A stretch of DNA of 63,942 nucleotides, counting the filler, from an uncultured Acidimicrobiia bacterium (GTDB lineage Bacteria; Actinomycetota; Acidimicrobiia; Spongiisociales; JAOTWH01): assembly GCA_964347285.1 (NCBI GenBank). It is 5 parts of 5 records of this genome, joined end to end, with 100 filler letters (N's around TTAATTAATTAA, not from the genome) between each part and the next. Parts side by side here need not be neighbours in the genome. Positions count along the whole stretch, not along the records: positions 16,434 to 32,439 come from CAYFYE010000060.1; 4 more parts are not named here. One strand, written 5' to 3'. The notes under the pieces were generated by a model. That model made no database searches. It was not told where the DNA came from and saw only the letters and a program-made list of their open reading frames with translations. How positions within the stretch are numbered: the stretch's first letter is position 1; each line of letters opens with the position of its first letter. This document shows positions 18,789 through 27,813 of this stretch, in pieces. Position numbers and translations under genes: made by a program.

Positions 18789-20276
18789 ATGGGTCTCGGT
18801 GCCGTCGTGGTCGGCATCGCCGTCCTGGCCATGCTGGTGTGGGCGGGATACATCATCAACAGTCGGCGTCCCCGCCCCACCGCAGTCGAGGGGGCTCCCC
18901 AGAATCTCGCTCCCTACCTCACCGACGACGAGCTGGAGAACAAGAGGGTCAGCAAAGCGCTGGTGGGTGCACTGGTTTCGGCGGGGGTGCTGGCGCTGGT
19001 GATCCCGGTCTACTACTTGGGCGAGTCGAGCCGCCAGGCCGAAGCAGCCGAGGCGCAGCTGGAGAGGGACATCGAGGAAGGCGAGCACTGGTTCGAGGAG
19101 TTCCAGTGCCTGCTGTGCCACGGTGCGGCGGGAACCGGGGGCGGGGCGACGTTCATCGAGCCCCGCAGCGGCCTCGAGACCACGTGGGCGGCTCCGTCTC
19201 TCAACGACGTCTTCTACCGCTATTCCGAAGAGGACGTGCGGTTCTGGATCACCTTCGGCCGCCGGGGAACGCCCATGCCGCCTGCCGGCCTGGAGGGAGG
19301 CGGATCGATGACGAGCCAGCAGATCGATCAGGTGATCGCCTACATTCACTCGATTCAGATTCCGCAGGAAGAAGCGGTCGCGCAGGTCGATACCAGGGTG
19401 AGCCTCGCATTGGACCGACTCGACCGCGCCGATGAGTCGATCGGTACCGCGCTCGCCGATCAGGAGCGGCGAATTGCGGAGATCGAGTCGGTGCCGGCCG
19501 TCTTCGAGCGAGTGGAGAGGATCCCCGACGAGATAGCCGACGTCCTGGCCGGCGCCGGCACGTGCACCGACCATTCGGCCCGACTGGCCGAACGGCCCTG
19601 TGAGAGCGAAGGGTCCGACGGTGACCGCGACGACATCACCGACGCCGCCGAGGTCGAGCTCACCCGGTTGTTGGGCCGGTTCGCCACCGAGACCGGATTG
19701 GAGCAATTCGACGTCCGGTTCGATCCGGTCAACGGCTTTTCGACGACCGACTCGGCCGGTGATCCCATCGCCGACTTCGACTTGCTAGCCGAGCTGCTCA
19801 CCGACCTCGAGGTCGAGTTCATCAATCTCCGGGTGACCGCCCAGAACAACGAGACCTTCCTCGAGGGAGCCAGGGTCGGAGCCGAGTTTCTCGAAGAATC
19901 TGGGGCCGCCCGACGCTACGCCGTGGACGTCCCGGCTCTGGCCGACGAAGCATTTCAGGGCGACGAGGAGGCCGCCCGGCGAGCCGTCGGCCTCTTCAAC
20001 GCGTATTGCGCCCGCTGCCACACCGCCGGATACGCGGCGGGGGTCGCCTTCGAGCGCGAGGCCGGATCGGGAGCGTGGGGTCCCTCGCTTCTCGGCGGCA
20101 AGGCGGTGCGCCAGTTCCCCGATCCCGAGGAGCATTCCGACTTCATCGTCAAAGGCTCCGAATCCGGCCAGAACTACGGCGTCAACGGCCTCGGTAACGG
20201 CTACATGCCGGCCTTCGGGTTCATCCTCGGTTCAGAGGACATCGAGCTCATCGTTGCATACGAGAGGGCAATGTGA
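18789..20276 (+). CDS. Membrane-anchored diheme cytochrome c
   Basis: Two TMs, CLLCH with TPMP, CARCH with YMPAF. Confidence 0.9.
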   Translation: MGLGAVVVGIAVLAMLVWAGYIINSRRPRPTAVEGAPQNLAPYLTDDELENKRVSKALVGALVSAGVLALVIPVYYLGESSRQAEAAEAQLERDIEEGEHWFEEFQCLLCHGAAGTGGGATFIEPRSGLETTWAAPSLNDVFYRYSEEDVRFWITFGRRGTPMPPAGLEGGGSMTSQQIDQVIAYIHSIQIPQEEAVAQVDTRVSLALDRLDRADESIGTALADQERRIAEIESVPAVFERVERIPDEIADVLAGAGTCTDHSARLAERPCESEGSDGDRDDITDAAEVELTRLLGRFATETGLEQFDVRFDPVNGFSTTDSAGDPIADFDLLAELLTDLEVEFINLRVTAQNNETFLEGARVGAEFLEESGAARRYAVDVPALADEAFQGDEEAARRAVGLFNAYCARCHTAGYAAGVAFEREAGSGAWGPSLLGGKAVRQFPDPEEHSDFIVKGSESGQNYGVNGLGNGYMPAFGFILGSEDIELIVAYERAM

Positions 20277-20743
20277 TGAGGACCGGTCTTCGCGACGAAT
20301 CCGGGCTCACCAAGCTGGAGTGGCTGGGGGTGGCCCTCATCGTGGTGTCCATCCTCGCGTTCGTCCCGGCCATCAGAGGGTGGGTCGGTGAGCTCTACGA
20401 CCGCTACATCTGGTCGAACACGTTCTGGTCGGGGGTGTTCATCGTGTTGGTGGCGGTGGCCGCCTTCGTCGGCACCTCCTACCTCTTGCTCTACACCAAT
20501 ATGGGCAAGCGGCTGGCATTCCTGGTCACCGGTGCGGCCCTGTTCGGCTGGGGGGCCATCAACGGATTCCTGTTCGTCCTCACCGTGCCCCGTGGCCCTC
20601 GCCCGGCCGAGTTCGAAGGCCTCAACGCTTTTCAGCTCCGGGTCATGTCACTGGCGATGATGCTGGGCTCCCTGGTCCTCTTCGCCATGTTCCTCACCGC
20701 GCTCAACCGTTTGGAGTCCGCCGACGAGGAAGAGGGCGAGTAG
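20276..20743 (+). CDS. Small membrane protein at end of cytochrome operon
   Basis: 4 hydrophobic segments, LLYTNMGKRLAFLV; translationally coupled. Confidence 0.75.
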   Translation: MRTGLRDESGLTKLEWLGVALIVVSILAFVPAIRGWVGELYDRYIWSNTFWSGVFIVLVAVAAFVGTSYLLLYTNMGKRLAFLVTGAALFGWGAINGFLFVLTVPRGPRPAEFEGLNAFQLRVMSLAMMLGSLVLFAMFLTALNRLESADEEEGE

Positions 20744-20746
20744 CGG

Positions 20747-21406
20747 CTACTCCGCCTGGTTGAGGTAGTAGCTGAGAATCTGCAGCTCGGTCGACAGGTC
20801 GACCCGCCGCACCTGGACGCCCGGAGGCACCTCGAGCACAGCCGGGGCGAAGTTGAGAATGGACCGCACCCCGGCGGCCCCGAGGCTGTCGGCCACATCC
20901 TGGGCCACCTGCGGCGGAGTGGTGATGATGCCGATGTTGACCCCTCGCTCGACGACCGCTCGGCGCAGGCCGCTGAGATGCTCGATCGGCATGCCGTTCA
21001 CCCGGCGGCCGATCTTGTCCGGGTCGGTGTCGAAGATGGCGGCGATCCGAAACCCCCGTTCCTCGAAGCCCTCGTAGCCGGCTAGCGCCTCGCCGAGATT
21101 ACCGGCGCCCACGATCGCCACCGCGCACGGCTCGGTGCGGCCCAGGCGGCGGGCGATGAGCACCCGCAACTCCTCCGTGTCGTAGCCCACCCCCCGGGTG
21201 CCGAACGAGCCCAGATAAGAGAGGTCCTTGCGCACCTTGGCCGAGTTGACCCCGGCCATTCTCGCCAGCTGCTGGGAGGATATGATGCGCTGCGAGGCCG
21301 GCACCTCTTCCAGGCACTGCAGGTATAGGGGCAGGCGAGCCACCGTGGCCTTGGGGAGGTTTGCCTTCACAGTCCGCCACGCTACTGCCTGCGCTCGTGA
21401 TTTCAC
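20747..21406 (-). CDS. rex: Redox-sensing repressor Rex (start may be GTG 21370 or 21382)
   Basis: ATVARLPLY, KVRKDLSYLGSFGTRGVGY, VGAGNLG, ILNFAP. Confidence 0.96.
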   Translation of the reverse strand: MKSRAQAVAWRTVKANLPKATVARLPLYLQCLEEVPASQRIISSQQLARMAGVNSAKVRKDLSYLGSFGTRGVGYDTEELRVLIARRLGRTEPCAVAIVGAGNLGEALAGYEGFEERGFRIAAIFDTDPDKIGRRVNGMPIEHLSGLRRAVVERGVNIGIITTPPQVAQDVADSLGAAGVRSILNFAPAVLEVPPGVQVRRVDLSTELQILSYYLNQAE

Positions 21407-21433
21407 AATCGCGCAAGACTGCCCGACGCCTTC

Positions 21434-22261
21434 CTACCGCTCGACGAGAGCCCGTTCCTCGATCCTCTCGGTCCGTAGATAGGCGTAGAACGCCGCCACC
21501 GAGCCCGCCGTCACCAGGTGCCACAATCCGTGGCCTTGGAGGAGGGAATCTGCATCGCACAGTGGCGCTCCGGTGCGGGAGGCCAGCCACACCAGATTGG
21601 CCCCGACGTAGGAGCCGAGCCCTACCCAGAACCACGGCCGGCGCCGGGCGATGAACGGGTCCAGGGCGATCCGCCATTCTGTCCCCACGGTGATGATGAT
21701 CAGGGCCCCGAAGACGAACTTGCCGAGGCCTTCCTCGAGGGGCCACTGCACCAGGGCCAGGACGGCGACCAGGATCCCGTAGCCGGCCGCGAAGGACTTT
21801 CGGTTCCAGGACCGCAAGGCGCCGACGTTGTAGGCGAAGAGGAACGAGATGTAGGCGTACATCGACACCAGGTCGAACCAGCCGCCCCAGTCGGTCATGG
21901 TGCCGTGGAACAGGGCGGAGCCCACGCCCAGACCGATCGCGGCCGAGCCGTACAGAACCGGGTACAGCTCATCGTCCCTCATGCGGTTGGGCCGCCCGGC
22001 CCGGGAGCCGTTTCGGGCCCGTCCCACCTGTGCGAGGACGGCCAACCCCACCAACACGAAGCCGGCGTTGGTGAGGGTATTCACCGGCTGGACGGCCGCT
22101 CCCCGGTCCCTGAATGCTTCGCAATAGCAGTCGTCGTGGACGAGACAGCCGGACGGGTCGCCGGGCCAGCCGGCCGCACCGGTCACCGACATGGCGGCCG
22201 CCAGTCCTCCCACCAGCACAACTGCGATCACGAATTCTCGGTAGCGGCCGGTCCCGCCCAT
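21434..22261 (-). CDS. Ceramidase-like (CREST superfamily) membrane hydrolase
   Basis: YCE, QPVNTLTN, GSALFHGT, QGHGLWH; 7 TM. Confidence 0.8.
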   Translation of the reverse strand: MGGTGRYREFVIAVVLVGGLAAAMSVTGAAGWPGDPSGCLVHDDCYCEAFRDRGAAVQPVNTLTNAGFVLVGLAVLAQVGRARNGSRAGRPNRMRDDELYPVLYGSAAIGLGVGSALFHGTMTDWGGWFDLVSMYAYISFLFAYNVGALRSWNRKSFAAGYGILVAVLALVQWPLEEGLGKFVFGALIIITVGTEWRIALDPFIARRRPWFWVGLGSYVGANLVWLASRTGAPLCDADSLLQGHGLWHLVTAGSVAAFYAYLRTERIEERALVER

Positions 22262-22280
22262 CCCGTCACCGTAGCCCGAA

Positions 22281-22667
22281 GTGTCGCCAAGTAGCTTGGC
22301 GGATATGCTGCCGGTCCGGCGCCGGACGCTCATCGCCCTCGCCGTATCCACTGCGGGGGTTTGCAGAGATCTGGTTGTCGCCGGGGGCCAGGCGTTCGCC
22401 GCACCGGGGACTCCGCCCTTCTTCACCTATAGCCACAGCCCCCCCGGTGCCCTGCCCACCGAGGAAGGCATCGGCCTGGGATCCACCGACACCGATCCGC
22501 AGGCCGCCTACGACGACCGGCACGTGCTCGAAGACGAGCTGGGCTTCCCGTTCTTGGGTGTCGACCAGGACTTCGATACCCCCGAAGCTCTCTCAGGAGG
22601 AACGACCGGCCCGGCCCTCGATGACCGCGCCAGCCTTATCCTGAGGGGTCCGGGTTGCCGGGAATGA
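22281..22667 (+). CDS. Hypothetical protein or gene remnant
   Basis: Fills the gap before polX with coding-like codon usage; no recognised motif. Confidence 0.3.
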   Translation: MSPSSLADMLPVRRRTLIALAVSTAGVCRDLVVAGGQAFAAPGTPPFFTYSHSPPGALPTEEGIGLGSTDTDPQAAYDDRHVLEDELGFPFLGVDQDFDTPEALSGGTTGPALDDRASLILRGPGCRE

Positions 22668-22687
22668 CGGTCCGGTAGATTCCAATC

Positions 22688-24430
22688 ATGGCGGGACCCA
22701 ACGCAGACGTGGCCCGCGCCTTCCGAGAGTTGGCCCTCCTCACCCAGCTCGCCGAAGGGAGCCCGCAGGCGTTTCGAGTACGCGCCTACGAGAACGCCGC
22801 CCACGCCGTCGAGGAGTTGGCAACCGACGTCTCGGACCTCACCGAGGCCGAGCTGGTGGCCATGAAAGGAATCGGTCGGAGCTCGGCCCGCAAGATCCGA
22901 GAGTTCCTCGAGACCGGCACCTTGGCCCGGTTGGAGAAGCTGCGGGCCGACTTCCCGCCGGCCTTCGTCGAGCTGACCCGCATTCCCGGTGTGGGGCCCA
23001 AGACGGCGATTCTCCTCCGCGATCGCCTCGGCGTCGAGAACGTCGACGACCTGCGCCGGGCCATCGACGCGCAGGCGCTGCGTGATCTGCCCGGTCTCGG
23101 GGCCAAGAGCGAGGAGAAGCTGCGTGCCGCCATCGAGCGCCTGGGTCTACACGGCAAGGAGCGGCGAACTCCGATCGCCGACGCCCTGCCTCTGGCCGAA
23201 GAGATCGTGGCCGTGCTGGAAGCTCTGGGCGAAGTGCAGGCGATCAAATGCTGCGGCAGCCTGCGGCGGTTCAACGAGACCATCGGCGACATCGACGTGC
23301 TGGCAGCCTCGCGACACCCGGTGCCGGTCATGGAGGCGTTCGTCGGCATGCGCCTGGTGGAGCGGGTGCTCGGTCGAGGCGACACCAAGTCGTCGGTGGT
23401 CACCAGGGAAGGACTTCAGATCGACCTGCGAGTGGTCGAGCCGCACAGCTTCGGAGCCGCCGTTCTGTACTTCACCGGCTCGAAGGCGCACAACATCGCC
23501 CTCCGCCAGGTCGCTCTAGAGCGGGGATGGACCCTCAACGAGTACGCCCTATCCGATGCCGAGAGCGAGGAAGTCGTTGCGTCTCGGACCGAAAAGGCCA
23601 TCTACCGGGCCCTGGGCCTCCAGTTCATTCCGCCGCCGATGCGAGAGGATGCTGGCGAGATCGAGGCGGCCGCCGCCGGCAAGTTGCCCCGGGTGGTCGA
23701 CCACGAGGACCTCCGGGGCGACACCCACGTGCACACGTCGCTCTCCGGTGACGGCCGGGCCTCCCTCGAGAAGATGGTGGCGGCCGCCGCCGAGCGCGGA
23801 CTCGACTACGTAGCGATCACCGACCATGGCGAGAACCTGGCCATCAATGGGGTGTCCCGTGACAAGATGCTCCGGCAGCGTAGGCGCATCGCCGGCCTCC
23901 GGGAGGAGTATCCCGATATGGCGCTGCTGCACGGTTGCGAGCTCAACATCGGCGCCGACGGCGATCTCGACTACGACGACGATTTTCTCATGGGCTTCGA
24001 CTGGTGCGTCGCTAGCGTCCACTCCCACTTCGACCTGGAAGAGGCTCGCCAGACCAAGCGGATCCTGGCCGCCATGGAGCATCCGGCCGTCAACGCAATT
24101 GGGCATCTCACCGGCCGTATGATCGGCAGACGGCCCGGCATAGACCTCAACGTCGAAGCCGTCCTCGAAGCTGCAGCGGGAACGGGAACGGCTCTCGAGA
24201 TCAACGGGGCCCTCGACCGCCTCGACGCTCCCGCAACCGTCATCCGACGGGGCGCCGAGCTGGGAGTCCGCTTCCTCATCGCCACCGACTCCCACCACCC
24301 CTCCGAGTTCCGTAGAGCGCGCTGGGGCGTGCTCTACGCCCAGCGGGGCTGGCTGGAACGCAAGCACGTGGCCAACACCTGGCCCAAGGCACGCTTCCTG
24401 CGATGGGTCGCTTCCCGCCGCAAGGACTAG
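22688..24430 (+). CDS. polX: DNA polymerase X with PHP domain
   Basis: Hh[31 protein letters not shown] motifs DTHVHT, ITDH, TDSH. Confidence 0.96.
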   Translation: MAGPNADVARAFRELALLTQLAEGSPQAFRVRAYENAAHAVEELATDVSDLTEAELVAMKGIGRSSARKIREFLETGTLARLEKLRADFPPAFVELTRIPGVGPKTAILLRDRLGVENVDDLRRAIDAQALRDLPGLGAKSEEKLRAAIERLGLHGKERRTPIADALPLAEEIVAVLEALGEVQAIKCCGSLRRFNETIGDIDVLAASRHPVPVMEAFVGMRLVERVLGRGDTKSSVVTREGLQIDLRVVEPHSFGAAVLYFTGSKAHNIALRQVALERGWTLNEYALSDAESEEVVASRTEKAIYRALGLQFIPPPMREDAGEIEAAAAGKLPRVVDHEDLRGDTHVHTSLSGDGRASLEKMVAAAAERGLDYVAITDHGENLAINGVSRDKMLRQRRRIAGLREEYPDMALLHGCELNIGADGDLDYDDDFLMGFDWCVASVHSHFDLEEARQTKRILAAMEHPAVNAIGHLTGRMIGRRPGIDLNVEAVLEAAAGTGTALEINGALDRLDAPATVIRRGAELGVRFLIATDSHHPSEFRRARWGVLYAQRGWLERKHVANTWPKARFLRWVASRRKD

Positions 24431-24449
24431 TCACTCGCAAAACCAGGGT

Positions 24450-24476
24450 TCAATCTCATGCCGCTCCTGCCGATAG
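24450..24476 (+). promoter_or_regulatory. Sigma-28 (FliA/WhiG)-type promoter
   Basis: TCAAT-N14-GCCGATAG, 6 nt before GTG 24483. Confidence 0.65.
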
Positions 24477-24482
24477 AAGTGC

Positions 24483-26549
24483 GTGTCGTTTTCGGGAACG
24501 GTGGACCAGGGCATGCGCGCCGGTGGCGGATCGACCCGTCGCAAGAGGGCCGAAGGCGGCGCCCCCCACTCCACGATCCGCAACCTCACCATGCCCTACA
24601 TCACCGGCTTGGCCGCGATAGCCCTTCTGGCCCTCGCCAGCACTGCAGTCATGTGGGCCGCCATGTCTCGCCAACAGGAGGATGCCCGAGTCGCCGACTT
24701 GGCCTTCGGTCAGGTCGTAGCCAGCTACCAAGTGGTCCAGGGAGCCGTCCAGGCGTCCCAACTGGACGTCCCGGGCCCGGCCGAGGTGGAGTTCGTCGAG
24801 TCCACAGTGGAACGCCTCAATCGAGTCCACGGAGCTCTCATCCATGGGGACGAGAGCCTGGGCGTCAGCGCCGGCAACAGCGCCGTCGTGCAACAAATGT
24901 ACGGCTCGATCCAGGGAGCCCTGGAAGCCATTTCCGAGGGGGCAGCGGCGATGCGCAGCGCTCTGCTCGCCGGTGAGGCGATCGAGGCTGGCGAGATCGA
25001 AAGGCTGCTCCTCCAGGTGGACATGTACCGCCTGGGCATGGAGAACATCGCGTCGCAGTACTCGCTCGAGGCCGACGCCCGTGCCGAAGACTTGCGCAAG
25101 ATCCAGCTCGGACTGCTGGGCGGAACACTGCTGTTGCTCGTACTGGAAGGCTTGTTTCTCTTCCGTCCTGCCACCAAGCGGATCCGGGCCGACATCGAGG
25201 AGCGGCGGCGGCTTCACGAGGAGGATCAAGACCGCCTCGATTACCTCAACGAATTCGATCCACTGACCGGTCTCGCCAACCGGGCCCTTCTCAACGATCG
25301 CTTGCAGCGGGCCCTCATCAGGGCGCGTCGCGACGGCGGGCTGGTGACGATGATGCTGGCCAACCTCGATGACTTCAAGGCCGTCAACGACCAGTACGGC
25401 ACCGAAGTGGGGGATGCTCTGCTGATCGAGGTGGGCCGGCGAATCAAGGACGTAGTCCGAGAGAGCGACACGGTCGGCCGCCTGAGCGGAGACGAGTTTG
25501 CGGTCATTCTCGAAGGCGGCCATCGGGCCGAAGACGCCGGGCGGATCGCCGACAAGATCCTCAATGGCCTCACGGCCGCCCACACTGTTCAGGGCAACGA
25601 CGTGTTCGTGAGTGCCAGCATCGGCATCGCCATCTACCCACTCGACGGCGACAGCGTGGAGGGTCTCTTCCGCGACGCCGGAATCGCGCTGGAGACCGTC
25701 AAGTCGACCGGCCGTAACACCTACCAGTTTTTCACCCAGGAGCTGCGCCAGCGGACTTCAGAGCGCCTCAGCCTCATCGACGGCCTACGCAGGGCCTTGG
25801 ACAAGACCGACGAACTGCGGCTCGTCTACCAGCCCAAGGTGGATCTCCGCACCGGCGAAGTCATCGGAGTCGAGGCTCTGATTCGGTGGGAACACCCCGA
25901 CCTGGGCATGATCCTGCCGGGCCGCTTCATCCCCCTCGCCGAGGAAACCGACCTCATCATTCCGCTGGGAAGGTGGGTCCTCAATCGGGCATGTGCCCAA
26001 GCGCGGGAGTGGGCTCAGGCAGGGAAGGACGCGATGGCGGTGTCGATCAATGTGTCGTCTCGTCAGTTCCGGCAAGGTGACCTGGTGGAAACCGTGGCCG
26101 ATGCCCTGGACACGTTCGACCTCGACCCGCAGTTCCTGGAAGTCGAGTTGACGGAGGGAACACTGATCGAAGACGTGGAGTTGGCCCGTGAGACCCTACG
26201 CAGGCTCAAGGAGATGGGCGTTAGGGTGTCCATCGACGACTTCGGAACGGGCTACTCCTCGCTCAGCTACCTCAAGCGCTTCCCGATCGACACGTTGAAG
26301 ATCGACCAGTCGTTCATCGACGAGATCACTGAAGATCCCGATGATGCTGCCATCTCCGAAGCAATCGTGGGCCTCGCCCAGAGCCTCCGCCTCCAGGTGG
26401 TAGCCGAAGGCGTCGAGACGGACGAACAGCTCGAGTACCTGCGAGCCCTCGGCTGCGACGCCGTCCAAGGCTTCATCTTCAGCCGACCGCTGCCCCCCGA
26501 ATCCGTGGAGGCCTTCGTCGCCGGAATGGAACGTTCGCCGACCGGCTAG
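24483..26549 (+). CDS. Membrane-bound GGDEF-EAL protein with PilJ/NarX-like extracellular domain
   Basis: 2 TM, DPLTGLANR, RLSGDEF, EALIRW, DDFGTGYSSL, KIDQSF, EGVE. Confidence 0.95.
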   Translation: MSFSGTVDQGMRAGGGSTRRKRAEGGAPHSTIRNLTMPYITGLAAIALLALASTAVMWAAMSRQQEDARVADLAFGQVVASYQVVQGAVQASQLDVPGPAEVEFVESTVERLNRVHGALIHGDESLGVSAGNSAVVQQMYGSIQGALEAISEGAAAMRSALLAGEAIEAGEIERLLLQVDMYRLGMENIASQYSLEADARAEDLRKIQLGLLGGTLLLLVLEGLFLFRPATKRIRADIEERRRLHEEDQDRLDYLNEFDPLTGLANRALLNDRLQRALIRARRDGGLVTMMLANLDDFKAVNDQYGTEVGDALLIEVGRRIKDVVRESDTVGRLSGDEFAVILEGGHRAEDAGRIADKILNGLTAAHTVQGNDVFVSASIGIAIYPLDGDSVEGLFRDAGIALETVKSTGRNTYQFFTQELRQRTSERLSLIDGLRRALDKTDELRLVYQPKVDLRTGEVIGVEALIRWEHPDLGMILPGRFIPLAEETDLIIPLGRWVLNRACAQAREWAQAGKDAMAVSINVSSRQFRQGDLVETVADALDTFDLDPQFLEVELTEGTLIEDVELARETLRRLKEMGVRVSIDDFGTGYSSLSYLKRFPIDTLKIDQSFIDEITEDPDDAAISEAIVGLAQSLRLQVVAEGVETDEQLEYLRALGCDAVQGFIFSRPLPPESVEAFVAGMERSPTG

Positions 26550-26552
26550 CGC

Positions 26553-26571
26553 TGCCGTCGAGGGGACGGCA
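26553..26571. terminator. Hairpin between convergent genes
   Basis: tgccgtc-gaggg-gacggca. Confidence 0.4.
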
Positions 26572-26661
26572 ACACGACGGATGGCTGCTCTACGACCCCC
26601 CCGGACAACCGGATTATGAGTCCTCGCTCCGGCCGTTCGCCCTCGGCGTTGCCGCCGGTGA

Positions 26662-27102
26662 TCAGAAGCTGGGTCCGAAGCCGACTGCCTCGGCCTCGGC
26701 GGCGATCGGACAGGAATCGGGACGTTGCTGGAATCGGCCGTAAAGAGTGGTTTCGGCGTTCTCCCAAATGCCGAAGACGGTGCCTGAAGCGGCCTCGCTC
26801 CACAAGCACACTGCCCCGTCCTCAGAACGCTCCAGAGCGACGCCCGCCACTTCCGCCTCTCGACCGGGCGCCGATCCCGAGAGGCCGACCAGGGCCTCCT
26901 CGATGGAGGAGAACTCATCACCGGCGATCACGCCCACCTTGGCGGGTACTGCGGCATTGCGGACCTCGAGAGCGGCCCGGGCCTCGTCGACGCGCTCGAA
27001 TACGGTGTTCAACACCGGAATGACCGCCGCGGCCAAGACACCGACGAGGAGCAGGCCGACGCCGAGCTCGGTGGGCTTGACGCCCCGATCGTCGCGGTTC
27101 AT
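26662..27102 (-). CDS. Pilin-like protein with degenerate prepilin signal
   Basis: MNRDDRG|VKPTELGVGLLLVGVLAAAVIP resembles G|FTLIEL with Glu+5; C-terminal Cys pair. Confidence 0.6.
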   Translation of the reverse strand: MNRDDRGVKPTELGVGLLLVGVLAAAVIPVLNTVFERVDEARAALEVRNAAVPAKVGVIAGDEFSSIEEALVGLSGSAPGREAEVAGVALERSEDGAVCLWSEAASGTVFGIWENAETTLYGRFQQRPDSCPIAAEAEAVGFGPSF

Positions 27103-27110
27103 GCCGCTCC

Positions 27111-27137
27111 CTATCGGCAGCCGGACGACTCCCTTGA
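27111..27137 (-). promoter_or_regulatory. Sigma-28 (FliA/WhiG)-type promoter
   Basis: TCAAG-N14-GCCGATAG, 8 nt before ATG 27102. Confidence 0.7.
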
Positions 27138-27257
27138 TGCCTACTGCTCTCGGTATGTTTTACACACGCAGCGTGATGACATCCCCTCCGGTGCCGGGAA
27201 GAGATTCGTCCTGCTCCGGCCGGTGCCTATCCTCACCCGGGACGTAGTGACCGCGCC

Positions 27258-27740
27258 ATGACCGAACCGACGACCCCGCCCGACGATTCCGAAGCCGACG
27301 CCCTCGAACCCGAGGTCGTCGCCCAAGAGGCCGCTCCCCAAGAGGCCCAGGAAACGATCAGCAAGCCCTCGCTGATCATCCGCATCGCATCGATGACCCG
27401 GGCGATGCTGGAAGAGGTACGCCAGGCCCCCCTCGACGAGGCGGGCCGACGCCGCCTCCTGGCCGTTCACGACCGCTCGCTGGAAGAGCTCTCGGAGGTG
27501 CTCTCCGAAGACCTGCGCGAGGAGTTCGAGGAGATCTTCGTGCCCCTCCAGGGCACGCCTTCCCAGTCCGAGCTGCGCATTGCCCAGGCCCAGCTGGTCG
27601 GTTGGCTGGAAGGCCTGTTCCACGGCATCCAGGCCAGCCTGTTCAGCCAGCAAGTAGCGGCGGCTGCCCAGCTCGAAGAGATGCGGCGGAGGAAAGCGCT
27701 CGATCGGGGCCAGCAGGAGCAGCCTGGGCTCTATCTCTGA
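27258..27740 (+). CDS. bpa: Bacterial proteasome activator Bpa/PafE
   Basis: IRIASM..AMLEEVRQAPLDEAGR, ELRIAQAQLVGWLEGLFHGIQ, C-terminal HbYX GLYL. Confidence 0.93.
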   Translation: MTEPTTPPDDSEADALEPEVVAQEAAPQEAQETISKPSLIIRIASMTRAMLEEVRQAPLDEAGRRRLLAVHDRSLEELSEVLSEDLREEFEEIFVPLQGTPSQSELRIAQAQLVGWLEGLFHGIQASLFSQQVAAAAQLEEMRRRKALDRGQQEQPGLYL

Positions 27741-27813
27741 GCCATCGCCGACGGCCGCCACGGCCCGGCGCGCGACACCGCGCTGAGAAGGACCGACGCG
27801 CCGATGCGTCCTC

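Noticed and set aside
21396..21416. Rex operator upstream of rex
   Set aside because: Only a half-site (TTGTGAA) is present; the full TTGTGAA-N4-TTCACAA palindrome is not.
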